From the NCBI GenBank assembly GCA_965213705.1, contig OZ243913.1, positions 2,752,001 to 2,816,000 of the forward strand: a DNA stretch of 64,000 nucleotides. Direction: 5' to 3'. The notes beneath the pieces were generated by a model, which was not told the origin of the DNA, did no database searches, and worked only from the letters and a program-made list of their open reading frames with translations. Shown here in pieces: positions 63,858-64,000 of the stretch. Each line of letters opens with the position of its first letter. Position 1 is the first letter of the stretch. The stretch is from Trueperaceae bacterium (GTDB lineage: Bacteria > Deinococcota > Deinococci > Deinococcales > Trueperaceae). Position numbers and translations under genes: made by a program.

Positions 63858-64000
63858 CTACAGCTCGATTCTCTGCAAGCGCCGCTGCCAGCCGAACAAG
63901 TACAGCAGCACGCCCGCCAGGATAATCAGAAACATCACCCCGGCGACCGTCGCGCCCATCGTCGGGTTGCCCGGCGCGAGCTGAAACCCGAAAAAGGTGC
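63858..64000 (-). CDS. Carbohydrate ABC transporter permease (3' end only)
   Basis: Manual translation ...TFFGFQLAPGNPTMGATVAGVMFLIILAGVLLYLFGWQRRLQRIEL*, abutting the next permease. Confidence 0.75.
   Translation of the reverse strand, partial: TFFGFQLAPGNPTMGATVAGVMFLIILAGVLLYLFGWQRRLQRIEL

Overview
GC-rich (about 60-65%) bacterial chromosomal window, most likely Deinococcota (Trueperaceae-like; inferred from the ribosomal protein S1 architecture and gene content). It is mostly housekeeping: ffh, purH, ppk2, argB, tpiA, corA, an FMN-riboswitch ribD-ribE-ribBA operon, recQ, a PyrR-attenuated pyrR-pyrB-pyrC operon, rpsA, tRNA-Arg(CCG) and tRNA-Ala(CGC). It also has two iron-uptake loci, three intact toxin-antitoxin pairs and a PemK/MazF relic. 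Highlights: (1) an exbB-exbD operon whose third gene has a TonB/TolA-type anchor and a long Pro/Ala repeat linker but ends in a DUF3048 (YerB-like) domain rather than a TonB C-terminal domain; (2) a lower-GC McrBC-like (NxD GTPase with coiled coil plus DUF2357 nuclease, CoCoNuT-like) defence island whose GTPase is split by an IS1 with an 8-bp target duplication; (3) a shared 10-5-10 palindromic operator at the promoters of both iron-uptake operons; (4) a solitary xenorhodopsin (ASR-like) gene; (5) apparent strong CTCGAG enrichment and GATC avoidance; (6) two unassigned structured-RNA candidates. All counts and family calls were made by eye, with no database searches.
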